A DNA stretch of 64,000 nucleotides from Savitreella phatthalungensis (taxonomy: Eukaryota), in assembly GCA_051599415.1 (NCBI GenBank), contig AP039704.1, positions 1-64,000 on the forward strand. The letters are read 5' to 3'. The position numbers and the translations under genes were made by a program. Of the stretch, positions 53,075-64,000 are shown in pieces; position 1 is the stretch's first letter, and each line of letters begins with the position of its first letter. Under the pieces are notes generated by a model, which saw only the letters and a list, made by a program, of their open reading frames with translations, did no database searches and was not told where the DNA came from.

Positions 53075-54160
53075 CTACAAGGTGTTGCTGGCACGGAAGT
53101 CCTTGAGCGACTGAGCCACACGAGCAGACATGGTTTTCTCTCCCTCACGGACCCAGACACGCGGGTCGTACTGCTTCTTGTTGGGCTTGTCTGCGCCTTC
53201 GGGGTTGCCGATCTGGGACATGAGGTAGTCCTTCTTGTTGAGGACGTAGTCACGGATACCGACCGTGTAGGCGAACTGGCAGTCGGTGTCGACGTTGACC
53301 TTGACGACGGCAGCGTCGATGGCGGTGTGGTAGTCCGACACGTCCGATCCAGAACCTCCGTGGAAGACGAAGAAGACAGGCTTGGAACCCTCTGGCAGCT
53401 TGAGCTGCTCTGCGCAGTAGGCGTTGTGCTTGGCCAGCAGCTCCGGGCGGAGCTTGACGTTTCCAGGCTTGTAAACACCGTGGACATTTCCGAAACCTGC
53501 GGCGATGGAGAAGTAAGGGGAGACCTCAGACAGGGTCCGCTGGATATCCCAGATGTCCTCTGGCTGGGTGTAGAGTGAGTTGTTGTCAACGTCCTCGTTG
53601 TTCACGCCGTCCTCCTCTCCACCGGTGATGCCAATCTCCATCTCGAGCCACTGCTTCATCGGTGCAACGCGCTGCAGGTATCGCTTCGTGTCGGCGATGT
53701 TGTCCTCCTTCGACTCCTCGGACAGGTCAATCATGTGGGAGGAGAAGAGAGGCTCTCCGTGCTGCTTGAAGTAGGCCTCGTCAGCGTCGATCATGCCGTC
53801 GAGCCAAGGGAGGAGCTTCTTTGCGCAGTGGTCGGAGTGCATGACGACGGGGATACCGTAAGATGGAGCAATGGCACGGACGAACTGTGCTGCTGCCACA
53901 CCACCGGCAATCGAAGCCTGCTGCTGGTCGTTCTTGACACCCTTTCCTGCAAAGTAGGCTGCACCTCCCTGTGAGACCTGGATGATGATTGGTGACTTCT
54001 GGTCACGGGCTGCCTCAAGAGCTGCGACGACGGTCGAGGAAGAGGTAACGTTGATGGCCGGGATGGCAAACTTGTGCTCACGAGCGTACTCGAAAAGCTT
54101 CATGACATCGTCGCCGGTGATGACTCCGGTCTTTCCTCCGAGATGCTCTAGAACGCCCAT
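53075..54160 (-). CDS. FBA1: Fructose-bisphosphate aldolase, class II
   Basis: PAINVTSSST, HSDHCAKK, EIGITGGEEDG, GNVHG, FHGGSG, YDPRVW. Confidence 0.99.
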   Translation of the reverse strand: MGVLEHLGGKTGVITGDDVMKLFEYAREHKFAIPAINVTSSSTVVAALEAARDQKSPIIIQVSQGGAAYFAGKGVKNDQQQASIAGGVAAAQFVRAIAPSYGIPVVMHSDHCAKKLLPWLDGMIDADEAYFKQHGEPLFSSHMIDLSEESKEDNIADTKRYLQRVAPMKQWLEMEIGITGGEEDGVNNEDVDNNSLYTQPEDIWDIQRTLSEVSPYFSIAAGFGNVHGVYKPGNVKLRPELLAKHNAYCAEQLKLPEGSKPVFFVFHGGSGSDVSDYHTAIDAAVVKVNVDTDCQFAYTVGIRDYVLNKKDYLMSQIGNPEGADKPNKKQYDPRVWVREGEKTMSARVAQSLKDFRASNTL

Positions 54161-55212
54161 GATGTGTAGTGGTGATCTTGTAGATGAGTGATTTGTGAAG
54201 AAGTTGGTCTGGCAGTGGTGATGTCAAAAGAGAACACAGGTTGATCGTCGGTGGCTGAGTGAGTGGATTGGTGAGCGAGTAACTGGCTGGCGGGCAGGCT
54301 GGCGAGTGACTGACCCAGTGAGTGAGTAGGGGATGTCGTTGGTGGACAGATGGTAGAATGGAGTGTTGGATGGTTGCCGTTGGTGCTGTGGATGCTGATT
54401 GACGTTGGATTGAATGCACGAACGGGATCGAAAGATCTGGGAGTTTGAGGATTGAATGAATTAGTGAATCGATCAAACTTAAATTTCTATACAATTCATG
54501 TTCTGATCCAGCTTGATTGAAGTATCTCAAATCAATTTTTCCCAATCTAGATTGTCCATTATCTTTTTTAATGATTCGCGACTGATTCCGAATTAATCCA
54601 CTTCGAAACGGAAAATTCCGCTGCATTCACACAATTTATACACGTGATCTGCAGTCACGAGCATTTACCGGTGGCAATCACGACCCCTCGCTCACTCACT
54701 CACTCGAACATTCACTCGACCGCAGCTCCAATCTGTCAAATTATAGTCCATTATGGGTCTATCTCTCTCACCTGAATAGAATCGTTCTCAAGTGAAGCTC
54801 AATACAATCCTTTCGATGTTCTGTGGTACACGCCATCGATGTGCATGGTACAGTGCAGCTCAGCTATACGTTGATTTTGCATTGCGTTGGCGATGTTTGC
54901 GATGACCGCTGCTCTTTCAAATTGTCACGGCTGGTGTCACTACCAGTCGTGGAGTATGAGCGTCACTCAGATAGGCTCGGAATCTGTTGACTGATCGATG
55001 CGCTGGCTGAGGACCGCGGTATAAGATCCGCCGATGATCCTTTGCTCGATGGACGTACTTTGACTCGACTACGATTTAGCGTGAGACCTGGAACCATCAT
55101 TTGACCATTCCCATTTGTGCCTCAATCGTGCATTCATAGCAAAATGTTGTGTATTCAGGGCGAGTGCAGTTATGCAGGGATCTAATCATCTCAGCGTGGC
55201 AAACAAGACACC

Positions 55213-56466
55213 ATGCCCGAGAAGCCGTATCTGGGGATTGGCCTGTCGCGCTCAGAAGTTCGACCACCATCTACACACATGATATTCTCACAGAAACGGC
55301 CTGCTGATACTGACAAGTTGAGCATGGCCAGGCAGCGCAACAAAGCTCCTTCTCCCAAATTCTCATACAGTGACGATGATGAAATACCATCGTTTGCGAA
55401 CCTTATGCCGCCGTCGCCCTCATCATCGACGACGCCTCGTGCGCTTGTGAGGAAGCACCTGGATCTGCCTGAGCCCGCTACCACGCCCGCCAAGACTTCC
55501 GAGGTGATGCCTCTAGATGATCTAAAGGCTGCGACGCCTGTCCCGACAGTACAGCCCTCTGTCGTATCCCTACCACAGCCACCGCCGTCACACTTGGAGA
55601 ACGAGATCAGAGCACTGGGCAAGACGATCGAGAGTCTGAATCGGAGTATCGCGCTGTGCACGGCATCGATGACCGGGTGTGAGCGACAGCTTGAGGCTGA
55701 GCGACTGACGAATGAGCGGCTGCGTGCGGAGATTGCTGGGATGCAGTCAAAGCACGTGGAGGAGGTGAGTGCTCTGAAACGCCGTGCAGCCGAGGCGGGT
55801 GACCTTGAGGTGGAGCTAGACCGCGTCAAGAGGCGAGCGGACGAGGATGCACGTGGCTGGCAGGAGGAGATTGATCAATTGAAAGATCGAGCTCACAGGG
55901 CTAACGAGGATCTCCTCAGCACTTCAAGCACACTCACCCAGCTGAAGCTCGAGCTCGAGAAGAAGGAGCATGGAGCATCCTCCCAACATCACAGGCCTGG
56001 CGAGCTCGATCATGCAGCGGGCGCTGGCCAGGAAGAGCTCGTGCGGATGGAGAGGTCGCTGAGGAAGTACTACGAGCAAGGCCGCGTGGACCTGGACAAC
56101 CGGGTCAAGACGAGCGAGAAGGTGGCTGCAGACACAGCTTCCGAGAACCTGAGTCTGCGGAAGGAGATTGAGGAGCTCCGAAAGAAGATCACTGATGCAA
56201 CTGGATACAAGAAGCTGCCTGGTATGCTCGTCGGCAATGAAGGCCAGCGGGTAAATTTGGGCACAAACAAGACCACGGTGATGGGCATGGGAGTGGTCAA
56301 GAACACGCCCGGTCGTGGGATTGGCGTGAAGAGTGTACCGAGCAGGACAAAGAGTGTCATGACCAATCCTGGAATCCACACTCGCTCACGCAATTCAACG
56401 ACGACGATGACCATCAAACGATCCTTCTCATCCTCCTCTGGATCGCCAGTCACATGGAACGAATAG
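55213..56466 (+). CDS. Hypothetical coiled-coil protein, 417 aa
   Basis: Long ORF; Pro/Ser-rich N-terminus and heptad-rich middle; no family recognised. Confidence 0.7.
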   Translation: MPEKPYLGIGLSRSEVRPPSTHMIFSQKRPADTDKLSMARQRNKAPSPKFSYSDDDEIPSFANLMPPSPSSSTTPRALVRKHLDLPEPATTPAKTSEVMPLDDLKAATPVPTVQPSVVSLPQPPPSHLENEIRALGKTIESLNRSIALCTASMTGCERQLEAERLTNERLRAEIAGMQSKHVEEVSALKRRAAEAGDLEVELDRVKRRADEDARGWQEEIDQLKDRAHRANEDLLSTSSTLTQLKLELEKKEHGASSQHHRPGELDHAAGAGQEELVRMERSLRKYYEQGRVDLDNRVKTSEKVAADTASENLSLRKEIEELRKKITDATGYKKLPGMLVGNEGQRVNLGTNKTTVMGMGVVKNTPGRGIGVKSVPSRTKSVMTNPGIHTRSRNSTTTMTIKRSFSSSSGSPVTWNE

Positions 56467-58002
56467 TACAGTATTCAATAAGAGGTTTTGCCAAGAGTTT
56501 TGTCGGTGCTCTCGTGTAGCTCGATTTGGCGTGGATCCACGGCTGTGCCCGTTCGGGAAAAGAGCGAGAGGGCTATATGAGAGGAGAGTGTGGGAGTGGC
56601 AGAGTAGAGGATCGCGAGCGCACAGGAATTTGGTTTCGATGGAGCGGGACTCGAACGTGAACTGCTGCAAGCGCTCTGACGTAGGGGTCGATTTCAAACA
56701 TATTTCTATTTATAGAGAGCAGATGAGTTCAGGAGTTACAGGAAGTTTTTGAAGCTGAAGGAGATGAACTTTCAAAGTCAAGGGGTTGGTGGGAGGGAGA
56801 GCCGAATTCTTGTCAGATTCTGTTTTAGATCTACTTTAGATTGCTGACGGGTAAATTGATGTGCGTACAAAACAGAATTGCAAGTTGTATCTGAGGTGGT
56901 TAGAATTATACAATTGACAGGAGGACTCTTCTTTTCTGGTAATTTGATGCTTCAAACGTGGTCGGGTGAATTCACAATGTAATTCAGGCTGCAACGAGTG
57001 AAGGATGATGTACCCGATGAACACGCGCCTGCGCACGCGTCAGTAACAGTTTCTGAGTGACGCCAATCAAATAGCACTCGGTGAGAGGTAGCACAAACTC
57101 GATGATAGTCCAGGCTAGATACAGTAAAGACAGGATCGAAGTTGTGAGCCAAATTTAGCAGCCAACCAGAATCATAGCCAACAACAGAGAAATATTGTCA
57201 TCGTCATATGAAGCCAGACTTGCTTGATCGCAATCAATGTGATGGAGGTCGGATGATTGAGGTGACTGTCTGAGTGCGTGATTGACGGCTGAGCATGACC
57301 TGCCTAACTATTTGCGCTGTGTTTGTCCCCCCCTGTAAAGAGAAAAGGAACAGTCAGATCAAGGTTAGGTTTGAGAGGAGCAGACTCGCCTTGCTCAAAA
57401 GAGCGTATCATCACGACAGGGAAAGGTAAGTACAGAGGCGAGAGTAAAGAAGAAGAGCAGCTGTACTAATGGTAGAGCAATAGCACAGAGAATAGTTCAG
57501 TATAGTAAGCGTAGGAAGTATAAGATTGGCGCAAGCAAATGTGAAGCACGAGTGCGGTATAGGACGCGCTCCCTTCCCGTCAAACAGCCTACCCCTGCAC
57601 CTGCACCTGCACCACCACCACCACCAACACAGTTCACGAACCCACAGTCAGTCAGGGATATCCGGTATCCTCTGAAAGTGCAGCAGACCCTTTTCTCGTG
57701 CACACACTCCTATCCTACAGTACTAGCACAGGCAAAGTGACGCGCGCGCTCCCAACCACTCACTTCATCTCCACCGAAATCAGCGCCTTACCTTGCTCTT
57801 CACCTCCGACCTCGTCCTTTCGTCCATCCGTCGTATTAGTTGTCGAAGGATAGCCTGAGCATCAGCGCACCGCCTCGCCCCGCTCATTCAGTCGCTTTCC
57901 TTCGAGGAACAGCCAGGACAACCTCGTCCAAAGCAGACAGACCCTCCTGGAGAAGTCGTCACAGGTCGCGCTCTTTACATCACACACATTGTCTATATCG
58001 CC

Positions 58003-59658
58003 ATGCAGCTGCTAGGCACTTTGCTCGCAGCAGCGGCGACGCTTCCTACATTGACACATGCATCTACAGCAGCAGATTGGCGGTCACGGAGTGTATACCA
58101 GCTGTTCACAGATCGATTCGCTCTCCCATCAGGAGGCTCAGGTCCATGCGTTTTAGGTGAACGCAAGTATTGCGGTGGCACGTGGAAGGGTATCACAAAT
58201 AAGCTGCAGTATATCGCAGATATGGGCTTCGACGCCATCTGGATCTCTCCAGTCGTCCAGAACATCAATACCTTCACACAGTATGGCCAGGCATACCACG
58301 GCTACTGGACGCAGAACATCAACAACCTGAATAGTAACTTCGGCTCCTCCTCGGACCTTAAGACGCTCGTGTCGACCGCACACAGCATGAACATGCTCGT
58401 CATGATCGACTTGACAGTCAACTCGATGATCTGGCCTGGATCTCACACGACCGTCGACTACACCACCTTCGCTTCCCCTTTCAATTCCGCTAGCAAGTAC
58501 CACGACTTCTGCTGGATCGACTACACTAATGCCACATCCATCCTGCTCTGCTGGCTCGGAGACGACAACGTCGCACTTGTCGACGTCAAGACTCAGGACT
58601 CCACGATTCGCTCGACCTACAACAACTGGATCGGCAATCTCCAGTCTACATACAACTTTGACGGCATGCGTATCGATGCTCTCAAGTCTGTCGAGATCGA
58701 CTTCTTCCCTGGCTTCCAGAAGGCATCGAACATGTTTGGTCTCGGAGAGAACTACCAAGCCGACCCGACAATGCTCTGTACATACCAGCCTTCCGTCGAT
58801 GGTCTCCTCAACTTCCCTCTCTACTATGGACTCCTGTTCGCCTTCAACGCTACTGGTGGCGGCATGCAGAACCTCGCGAATCTGATCGTTCAGAACCAGG
58901 GCAACTGCACGGACGTCTCTCTATTTGGCAACTTCATCGAGAATCACGATTTGCCGCGATACGCAGGTATCACCCGTGACCAGATGCAGCGTTTGAATGC
59001 GATCGCTTTCACCTTTGTCATCGACGGCTTCCCCGTCGCCTACTACGGTCAGGAGCAGGCATTCACCGGTCAGGTCGACCCGTACAATCGTGAGGCGCTA
59101 TGGACCTCCAACTACGACGAAACAAACGTGTACTTCCAGATGCACAAGACGCTGAATGCGATGCGCAAGCAGGTCATTAAGCTCGACTCCAACTTCCTCA
59201 CCACCAACACAAAGGTCCTCGGCAATGACGTCCAGTACATCGTTCTCAAGAAGGGCAGCCTGCTGTCACTCCTCTTCAACGATGGCTCGTACGGCTCGAA
59301 CGACACCTTGACGATCGCCAATGCCGGCTACTCCGGCGGGACGAAGTTGCTTGAGGTCATCTCCGGCAACACATACACGTGTGACTCGTCTGGCTCTGTG
59401 ACGGTGAAGCGTCAGGCTGGAGCGCCAATGATCCTCTATCCTGCCTCACAGTGGCCATCGACCTGGAAGAACCCAAATTTGGCAGTCTCCGTCGACACAC
59501 GAACGACGGCGACGACGACGGTGACCACGACCTACGTCTTTGCCACAGCCATGGTCAAGTCGGACGCCGTAACCCTCAAACCTAGTCACGATCTATCAAC
59601 ACTCATCGTCGCTGTCTCAGCAGCAGTCCTAGGTCTATCAGCCTTCTGCCTTACATAG
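58003..59658 (+). CDS. GPI-anchored GH13 alpha-amylase-like protein (probable alpha-glucanotransferase)
   Basis: Signal peptide, WRSRSVYQLFTDRF, AYHGYW, DGMRIDALK, GEN, FIENHD, Thr-rich linker and hydrophobic C-terminal tail. Confidence 0.93.
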   Translation: MQLLGTLLAAAATLPTLTHASTAADWRSRSVYQLFTDRFALPSGGSGPCVLGERKYCGGTWKGITNKLQYIADMGFDAIWISPVVQNINTFTQYGQAYHGYWTQNINNLNSNFGSSSDLKTLVSTAHSMNMLVMIDLTVNSMIWPGSHTTVDYTTFASPFNSASKYHDFCWIDYTNATSILLCWLGDDNVALVDVKTQDSTIRSTYNNWIGNLQSTYNFDGMRIDALKSVEIDFFPGFQKASNMFGLGENYQADPTMLCTYQPSVDGLLNFPLYYGLLFAFNATGGGMQNLANLIVQNQGNCTDVSLFGNFIENHDLPRYAGITRDQMQRLNAIAFTFVIDGFPVAYYGQEQAFTGQVDPYNREALWTSNYDETNVYFQMHKTLNAMRKQVIKLDSNFLTTNTKVLGNDVQYIVLKKGSLLSLLFNDGSYGSNDTLTIANAGYSGGTKLLEVISGNTYTCDSSGSVTVKRQAGAPMILYPASQWPSTWKNPNLAVSVDTRTTATTTVTTTYVFATAMVKSDAVTLKPSHDLSTLIVAVSAAVLGLSAFCLT

Positions 59659-59819
59659 AACTTTAAATCCAGACGGCAGACCTTCCGATCCACGACCTCC
59701 TTCAAAAATCCCTACAGTTCACACTCACAGACACTATACTTAGCATGCATGTCTTTGGTCTTTTCTTGAATGTGCGTACGTCGTGTGCGCGAGTGTGCGA
59801 GCGTGGGAGTGTACGATGA

Positions 59820-60851
59820 CTACGTGTCTGGTGATGACGGCCACTGCCGAGGCAACCGATGCGTGGTCACCGATGCCGTTTGCGCGTGCTTTCCTGAGAA
59901 TGCTCTGTGGATACGTGTCTCGAGCGACTTGTCCGACGTCCTCTTTGCCGTCATCGCCATCACCGCCGCCGTCTTACCCTTCTCATCTCTCCATCCATCG
60001 CCCATAATCCACGCACCAGCAGGCTTCAGTCCCAGCGCCTCCACCACTTCACGACGCTCACGCACCGTCAGTATCTTGTCAAACGACTCCACCAACCGCC
60101 TACACGCTTCCTGTCTGCTGACCCCTTTGTCGGAGATGACATTGGTCCGTCGTGGACTAGCTGGATCAATTGCCTTCTTCGGGACTCCCTCGATGTTGTC
60201 GGTGTGGTCGGTGGAGGTGGGACTGAACTCGACGATGTCCGTGAGCGTGGCGATTGTCGCTACAGCGCCATCGGACTTAGTCGGTCGCATCGTGCCGGAT
60301 CCTCGAACGCCTCCGCCAACGTCAACCTCCTGCGCGCCCACACGCGTCGCAGGCATCACCAACCGTTTGAGTCTAGGCGAGGTGCGAGCGTCCGTGGTAG
60401 GCGGGGCCGACGGATTCCGTGAAGGGTGAATGGCGTTGAGCTTGTGGGTCGGCGGAGAGGGAGGAACGGCACTGCGGGATATCCCTGCAGGCGGGCTGCC
60501 TGGACCGAGGCAGTAGGGCGAGACTGACCTGGCGATGTCTGATGGAGGAGCGAGAGGGCGTTGGGTGTGCACGTCAGGCGTGCGGAGGGACCGCGTGGTC
60601 GGAACGTAGCCGAAGTAGTCGCTCACCTCAGAAAGCGTCCGTGACAGTCGGTCGCCTACCTCACAGCCGTACCCACTCACAACGCCACAGGTCGCAGGTG
60701 AAGACACAGCAGAGCAGTCGAAGCATGTCCCCGACATGTGGTCTGCCAGTGTCAGCGGCATGGCGAACGTCGTTTCAGGGACGACTCGTGAGCGAGTATG
60801 CAACGCTGATGATGGGACGCTGATTGATAATTTGTTAGCCGTGACGTCCAT
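59820..60851 (-). CDS. Hypothetical Ser/Pro-rich protein
   Basis: Long ORF with first ATG at 60851; no recognisable domain. Confidence 0.45.
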   Translation of the reverse strand: MDVTANKLSISVPSSALHTRSRVVPETTFAMPLTLADHMSGTCFDCSAVSSPATCGVVSGYGCEVGDRLSRTLSEVSDYFGYVPTTRSLRTPDVHTQRPLAPPSDIARSVSPYCLGPGSPPAGISRSAVPPSPPTHKLNAIHPSRNPSAPPTTDARTSPRLKRLVMPATRVGAQEVDVGGGVRGSGTMRPTKSDGAVATIATLTDIVEFSPTSTDHTDNIEGVPKKAIDPASPRRTNVISDKGVSRQEACRRLVESFDKILTVRERREVVEALGLKPAGAWIMGDGWRDEKGKTAAVMAMTAKRTSDKSLETRIHRAFSGKHAQTASVTTHRLPRQWPSSPDT

Positions 60852-61401
60852 GGACAGCCGTGTCTGTTGGATCTGTAGTGACAAATGACGCCGCTGACAG
60901 ATCGAACGGAGTGTCAGAATGTCTAAGAACTGCGTGACTTCCAGTTGGCAAGCTACTGTGTCATGACGCTGGGCCTGCTCGGTACGGAGTTCTGGTGAGT
61001 TGGAATCACGCACAGTTCGATCTGACACTCTAGACGTCGAGAGCGTTCTGTCAGAAGCTTGTCACCCTCTTCAATGGCGTCTCTGAGAACTGGAACGTTG
61101 TTCTTGTGGCATCTGAGACGGTTGTCGTGTGACAAGGTGAAGTGACATGTGACAGCTTGACTGAGCAATCTACTTTGGAATTCTCACGTGCAACTCACTG
61201 GTTGCCACGAGAGCACGTGTTTTGGGATGATCTCAATATTGGCTCGAGCGTGATTGAAAAAGTGCCTTAAGACAGCAGGCCGTCATTTCACTCCGACTCT
61301 TCACTTCACTGGACTGGACTCGACTTGATCTGGTTTGTATTGAGCGCGGGATTGCCTAGTCCAGCTCTCCTTCTGTCGAAAATGACTATACGATATGCTG
61401 T

Positions 61402-62394
61402 ATGATGAGCGCAGCAGACGATATTTCTGAGCTACAGCTACAGCTGGAGCAAGTCCAGGGTGCGCTTCTGCATGATCCCGAGAATTCAGATCTGCTTACT
61501 CTTGTCCAGGAACTTCATGATCTTATCGATTTGACACGGCGAAAGGCCGAGCGCGACGAAGCGACACGCTCCTCCAAAACTGACAAAGCATCAGCGCGAT
61601 CTGTCACATCGGATGATTCCCTTTCTGCATCTTTCTCGCGGAATGTCGGCGATACGGTCCGTGCAAAGTGGGTTACCGGCGACCACCAATTCTACCTGGC
61701 AAGGATCCTGTCTGTGACAGGAAGCTCTGAAGATCCTGTGTATACTGTCAAGTTCGTCGATTACCCGGACAGATGCAGTGTCCTTGGACACCAGCTTCGG
61801 CCGCCGTATGAGCCGAAGCGCGGTGGTCGACAGTCCACACAAGCTGACAAGCAGTCTACACCGGCTGGTGGATTTGGCGTCATGAACCGCCGGTCGACTT
61901 CAGCTGCTGATGATGGTGCACAGGGAACACCACAGGACACACAGCCGCCGAAGAAGAAGGAAAACGCGCTGGACAACAAGAAGGCTTCGTGGCAGGCATT
62001 TGCATCTAGCGGCGGCGTGCGTTCTGGTGGTCTGAGTATCGGGCTGAAACCAGCTAAACCAGCGGTTCCCGCGACAATAGCATCGAAGACGGCCACGCAG
62101 CCTCCACCACCGCCGCCGCCGCCGCTCCGCTCGACCAGACAGCCTGTCATGGCAAGTCTGCCGAGACCACCAGTGCGCCAGCGGCATGTATTTGGTCGCG
62201 ATGATGACTATGATAGCCGGCACGGACATGCTCGCAGCAGAAGTAGAAGCAGGAGTCGGAGTCCAGGTCGGCACTCCACCAAACGGCGACACGAGCGGAG
62301 TGTTGACGAATGGCGTCACGAGAGGGATCATAACGAGCGGCGTCAAGAGCGAAATTATGATGAGCGGCGTCACGATGACCGTCGATGGCGTTAG
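61402..62394 (+). CDS. SPF30: Splicing factor SPF30/SMNDC1-like Tudor protein
   Basis: LQLEQV..AL..DPEN.DL..L..EL.DLI.L helix, Tudor VGDTVRAKWVTGDHQFY.ARI, KASWQAF, RS-rich tail. Confidence 0.9.
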   Translation: MMSAADDISELQLQLEQVQGALLHDPENSDLLTLVQELHDLIDLTRRKAERDEATRSSKTDKASARSVTSDDSLSASFSRNVGDTVRAKWVTGDHQFYLARILSVTGSSEDPVYTVKFVDYPDRCSVLGHQLRPPYEPKRGGRQSTQADKQSTPAGGFGVMNRRSTSAADDGAQGTPQDTQPPKKKENALDNKKASWQAFASSGGVRSGGLSIGLKPAKPAVPATIASKTATQPPPPPPPPLRSTRQPVMASLPRPPVRQRHVFGRDDDYDSRHGHARSRSRSRSRSPGRHSTKRRHERSVDEWRHERDHNERRQERNYDERRHDDRRWR

Positions 62395-62630
62395 CATCAA
62401 CGAAACTTTCACATCCTTGCATTTACGCATCACGACAATGTTCACGAACACTCCCGCTACGTCATCCCCACGTCTTCTAGGATGCCTCAGAATTGTATGT
62501 ATTTAGTGAGCCGTGTGCATGAGTGCACACATACACGTGGTGGTAACTGCCAGTGCAAGTGCTATCGTGAGGAGTTGCGATATTGCAATTGCGCTAGACC
62601 TGGATGGATGTGGAGTTTTGGAGATAATGC

Positions 62631-63304
62631 TCAGTGGTGGTGGTCGTCGTGGGCGTTGTGGTCACCGATAAAGTTGAGCTTGAAGACGGATCCGCACTCT
62701 GGGCATCGTGACAGCTTGCCCTCCTCGACCGTCACCCAGAGTGTCTCGTGTGACTCGTGCTCACCAGTGCAGCCGACGTACCGGAAAGTGTCGAGCGAGT
62801 CAACCATGATCGGCTCCTTCACCGTGCCGAGCTTCGAAAACCGGATAGGCTCCATGTCGAAGATGTCAACACCGGCCATCTTGCCCAAAATCTCCAAGCG
62901 CTCAAGACCAGTAGACTGCTCGAGGTCAGTCGGCACCGATCCAGGCGCAGCACCGGGAGGAAGCAGGTCAGAAGCCGACTTGATGTCTGCCAAGCCTATT
63001 GAAGAGAAAGAAAATGTTAGTAGATGGATCACGGCAATGGAGAGTGGATGAGCTGCAGGAGGAGAGCTAGACAATGAATGCATGAACCACAACTGTGATC
63101 ATGTGGCCCCTCATTCATCCTTCCGCTCAAGTGCCGTGAGCACTCTTGGAGTGACATACTCTTGCCAGCATTAGTGTTGGCGCCGGTGTTGGCGTTCATG
63201 AGGCTGGCGGAAGTGCGGAGACCACGGGACATGACCATGGTCGAGCTCATTGAGCTTCGACCAATGGTTGTCCGTGCTTGTGCGAAGATGTTGCGCGATA
63301 GCAT
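62631..63304 (-). CDS. COX4: Cytochrome c oxidase subunit IV (COX5B family), 169 aa (exons 63304-63160, 62995-62631)
   Basis: 164-nt intron GTATGT...TACTAAC...TAG; presequence in exon 1; PTDLEQSTGLERLE, VGCTG and CPECG zinc-site motifs. Confidence 0.95.
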
Positions 63305-64000
63305 GTGTGTGTGTGTTGTTGATCTTGATTGATTGACTCCCGAAGACGACCTTCTTCTTGTCGTTTGGAGGTTGAGAGGTACTGACGTCCGAGACTTGCT
63401 AGGACGGTTGTGCGGTTGTTGCTGTTGCTGTGTGACACGGGCAAGGCGGTCGCAGTGGATCGCTTGTCCGAGGTCTTCCACCTGCGAAAAAAAGATGCAA
63501 AAAGAGAATTTTAAGAAAATCTGAAAACTTTCAATGGATTTCTGTAAAGTCATTAATATTTTCTAATGATCAAGTCAACTTGCACGTCGAATGCACAAAA
63601 TCAAATCATCTTCCAAATGAATGCACACTTCCATCATAGCTCATCCATCCAACCCTAAGTCATCATCGTCCTACTCCTTCTCCTGCTTCTACAAGAGACG
63701 TGAGCAGCCGGTGAGGTGAGCTAGAAGGGTGCTAGAACGGCGGTAGGAACTGCTCATAGATATGCTCAGAAGGTCTCACATATTCGTGTGTAGATGCATC
63801 CATGTACGCCCTCTATGGTCTCCACATGAAGCCCGCATCCGTACTCGCTTCATCTCCCGTTCCATCCACATTGGGCGGCTCTCCCGTATGTTTATACCCT
63901 CAGGTACAGCTGTGCACAAGTCGGGAACAGAAGCAGGGAGTGGCTACAACCTCTTGTTCCGTGCAGGGCTCGTGAGACAGTCTGCTTCAGGGATATTCAC

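Noticed and set aside
1..64000. tRNA or rRNA genes
   Set aside because: None recognised by eye; tRNAscan-SE and Infernal would be needed to exclude them.

Overview
Left end of a fungal (ascomycete) chromosome. Bases 1-66 are an untrimmed Oxford Nanopore ligation adapter plus native barcode, followed by about 19 CCCTAA telomere repeats. The subtelomere (about 0.2-12.4 kb) holds degenerate repeats, an AT-rich 54-bp array, a deleted and CpG-eroded copy of the GH81 glucanase gene at 50.5-52.9 kb, a His/Glu-coding low-complexity relic, and a head-to-head pair of orphan ORFs, one a 1285-aa heptad-repeat coiled coil. From 12.5 kb onward the DNA is GC-rich, very compact and intron-poor. It carries about 30 genes, mostly housekeeping: U1-70K, Mms1/DDB1-like, Zn2Cys6 TF, FUSC-like exporter, gluconokinase, MAK32-like kinase, PCC1, RLI1, HOM2, PGK1, SEM1, CHD1, YPI1, SDH7, VPS26, glucosylceramide synthase, ZAP1-like, ALT1, SEC39, PRP5, GH81, FBA1, GPI-anchored GH13, SPF30 and COX4. 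TTAGGG telomeres, few short introns and an Aah-type GH13 suggest Taphrinomycotina (inference only). Best leads: a TGATG stop-start overlap coupling PCC1 to the MAK32-like kinase (candidate bicistronic or reinitiation unit), a PTS2 motif on Hom2 plus other possible cryptic peroxisomal signals, CpG-biased mutation of the subtelomeric duplicate, and the orphan coiled-coil pair. All family calls are from motif recognition by eye; no searches were run.
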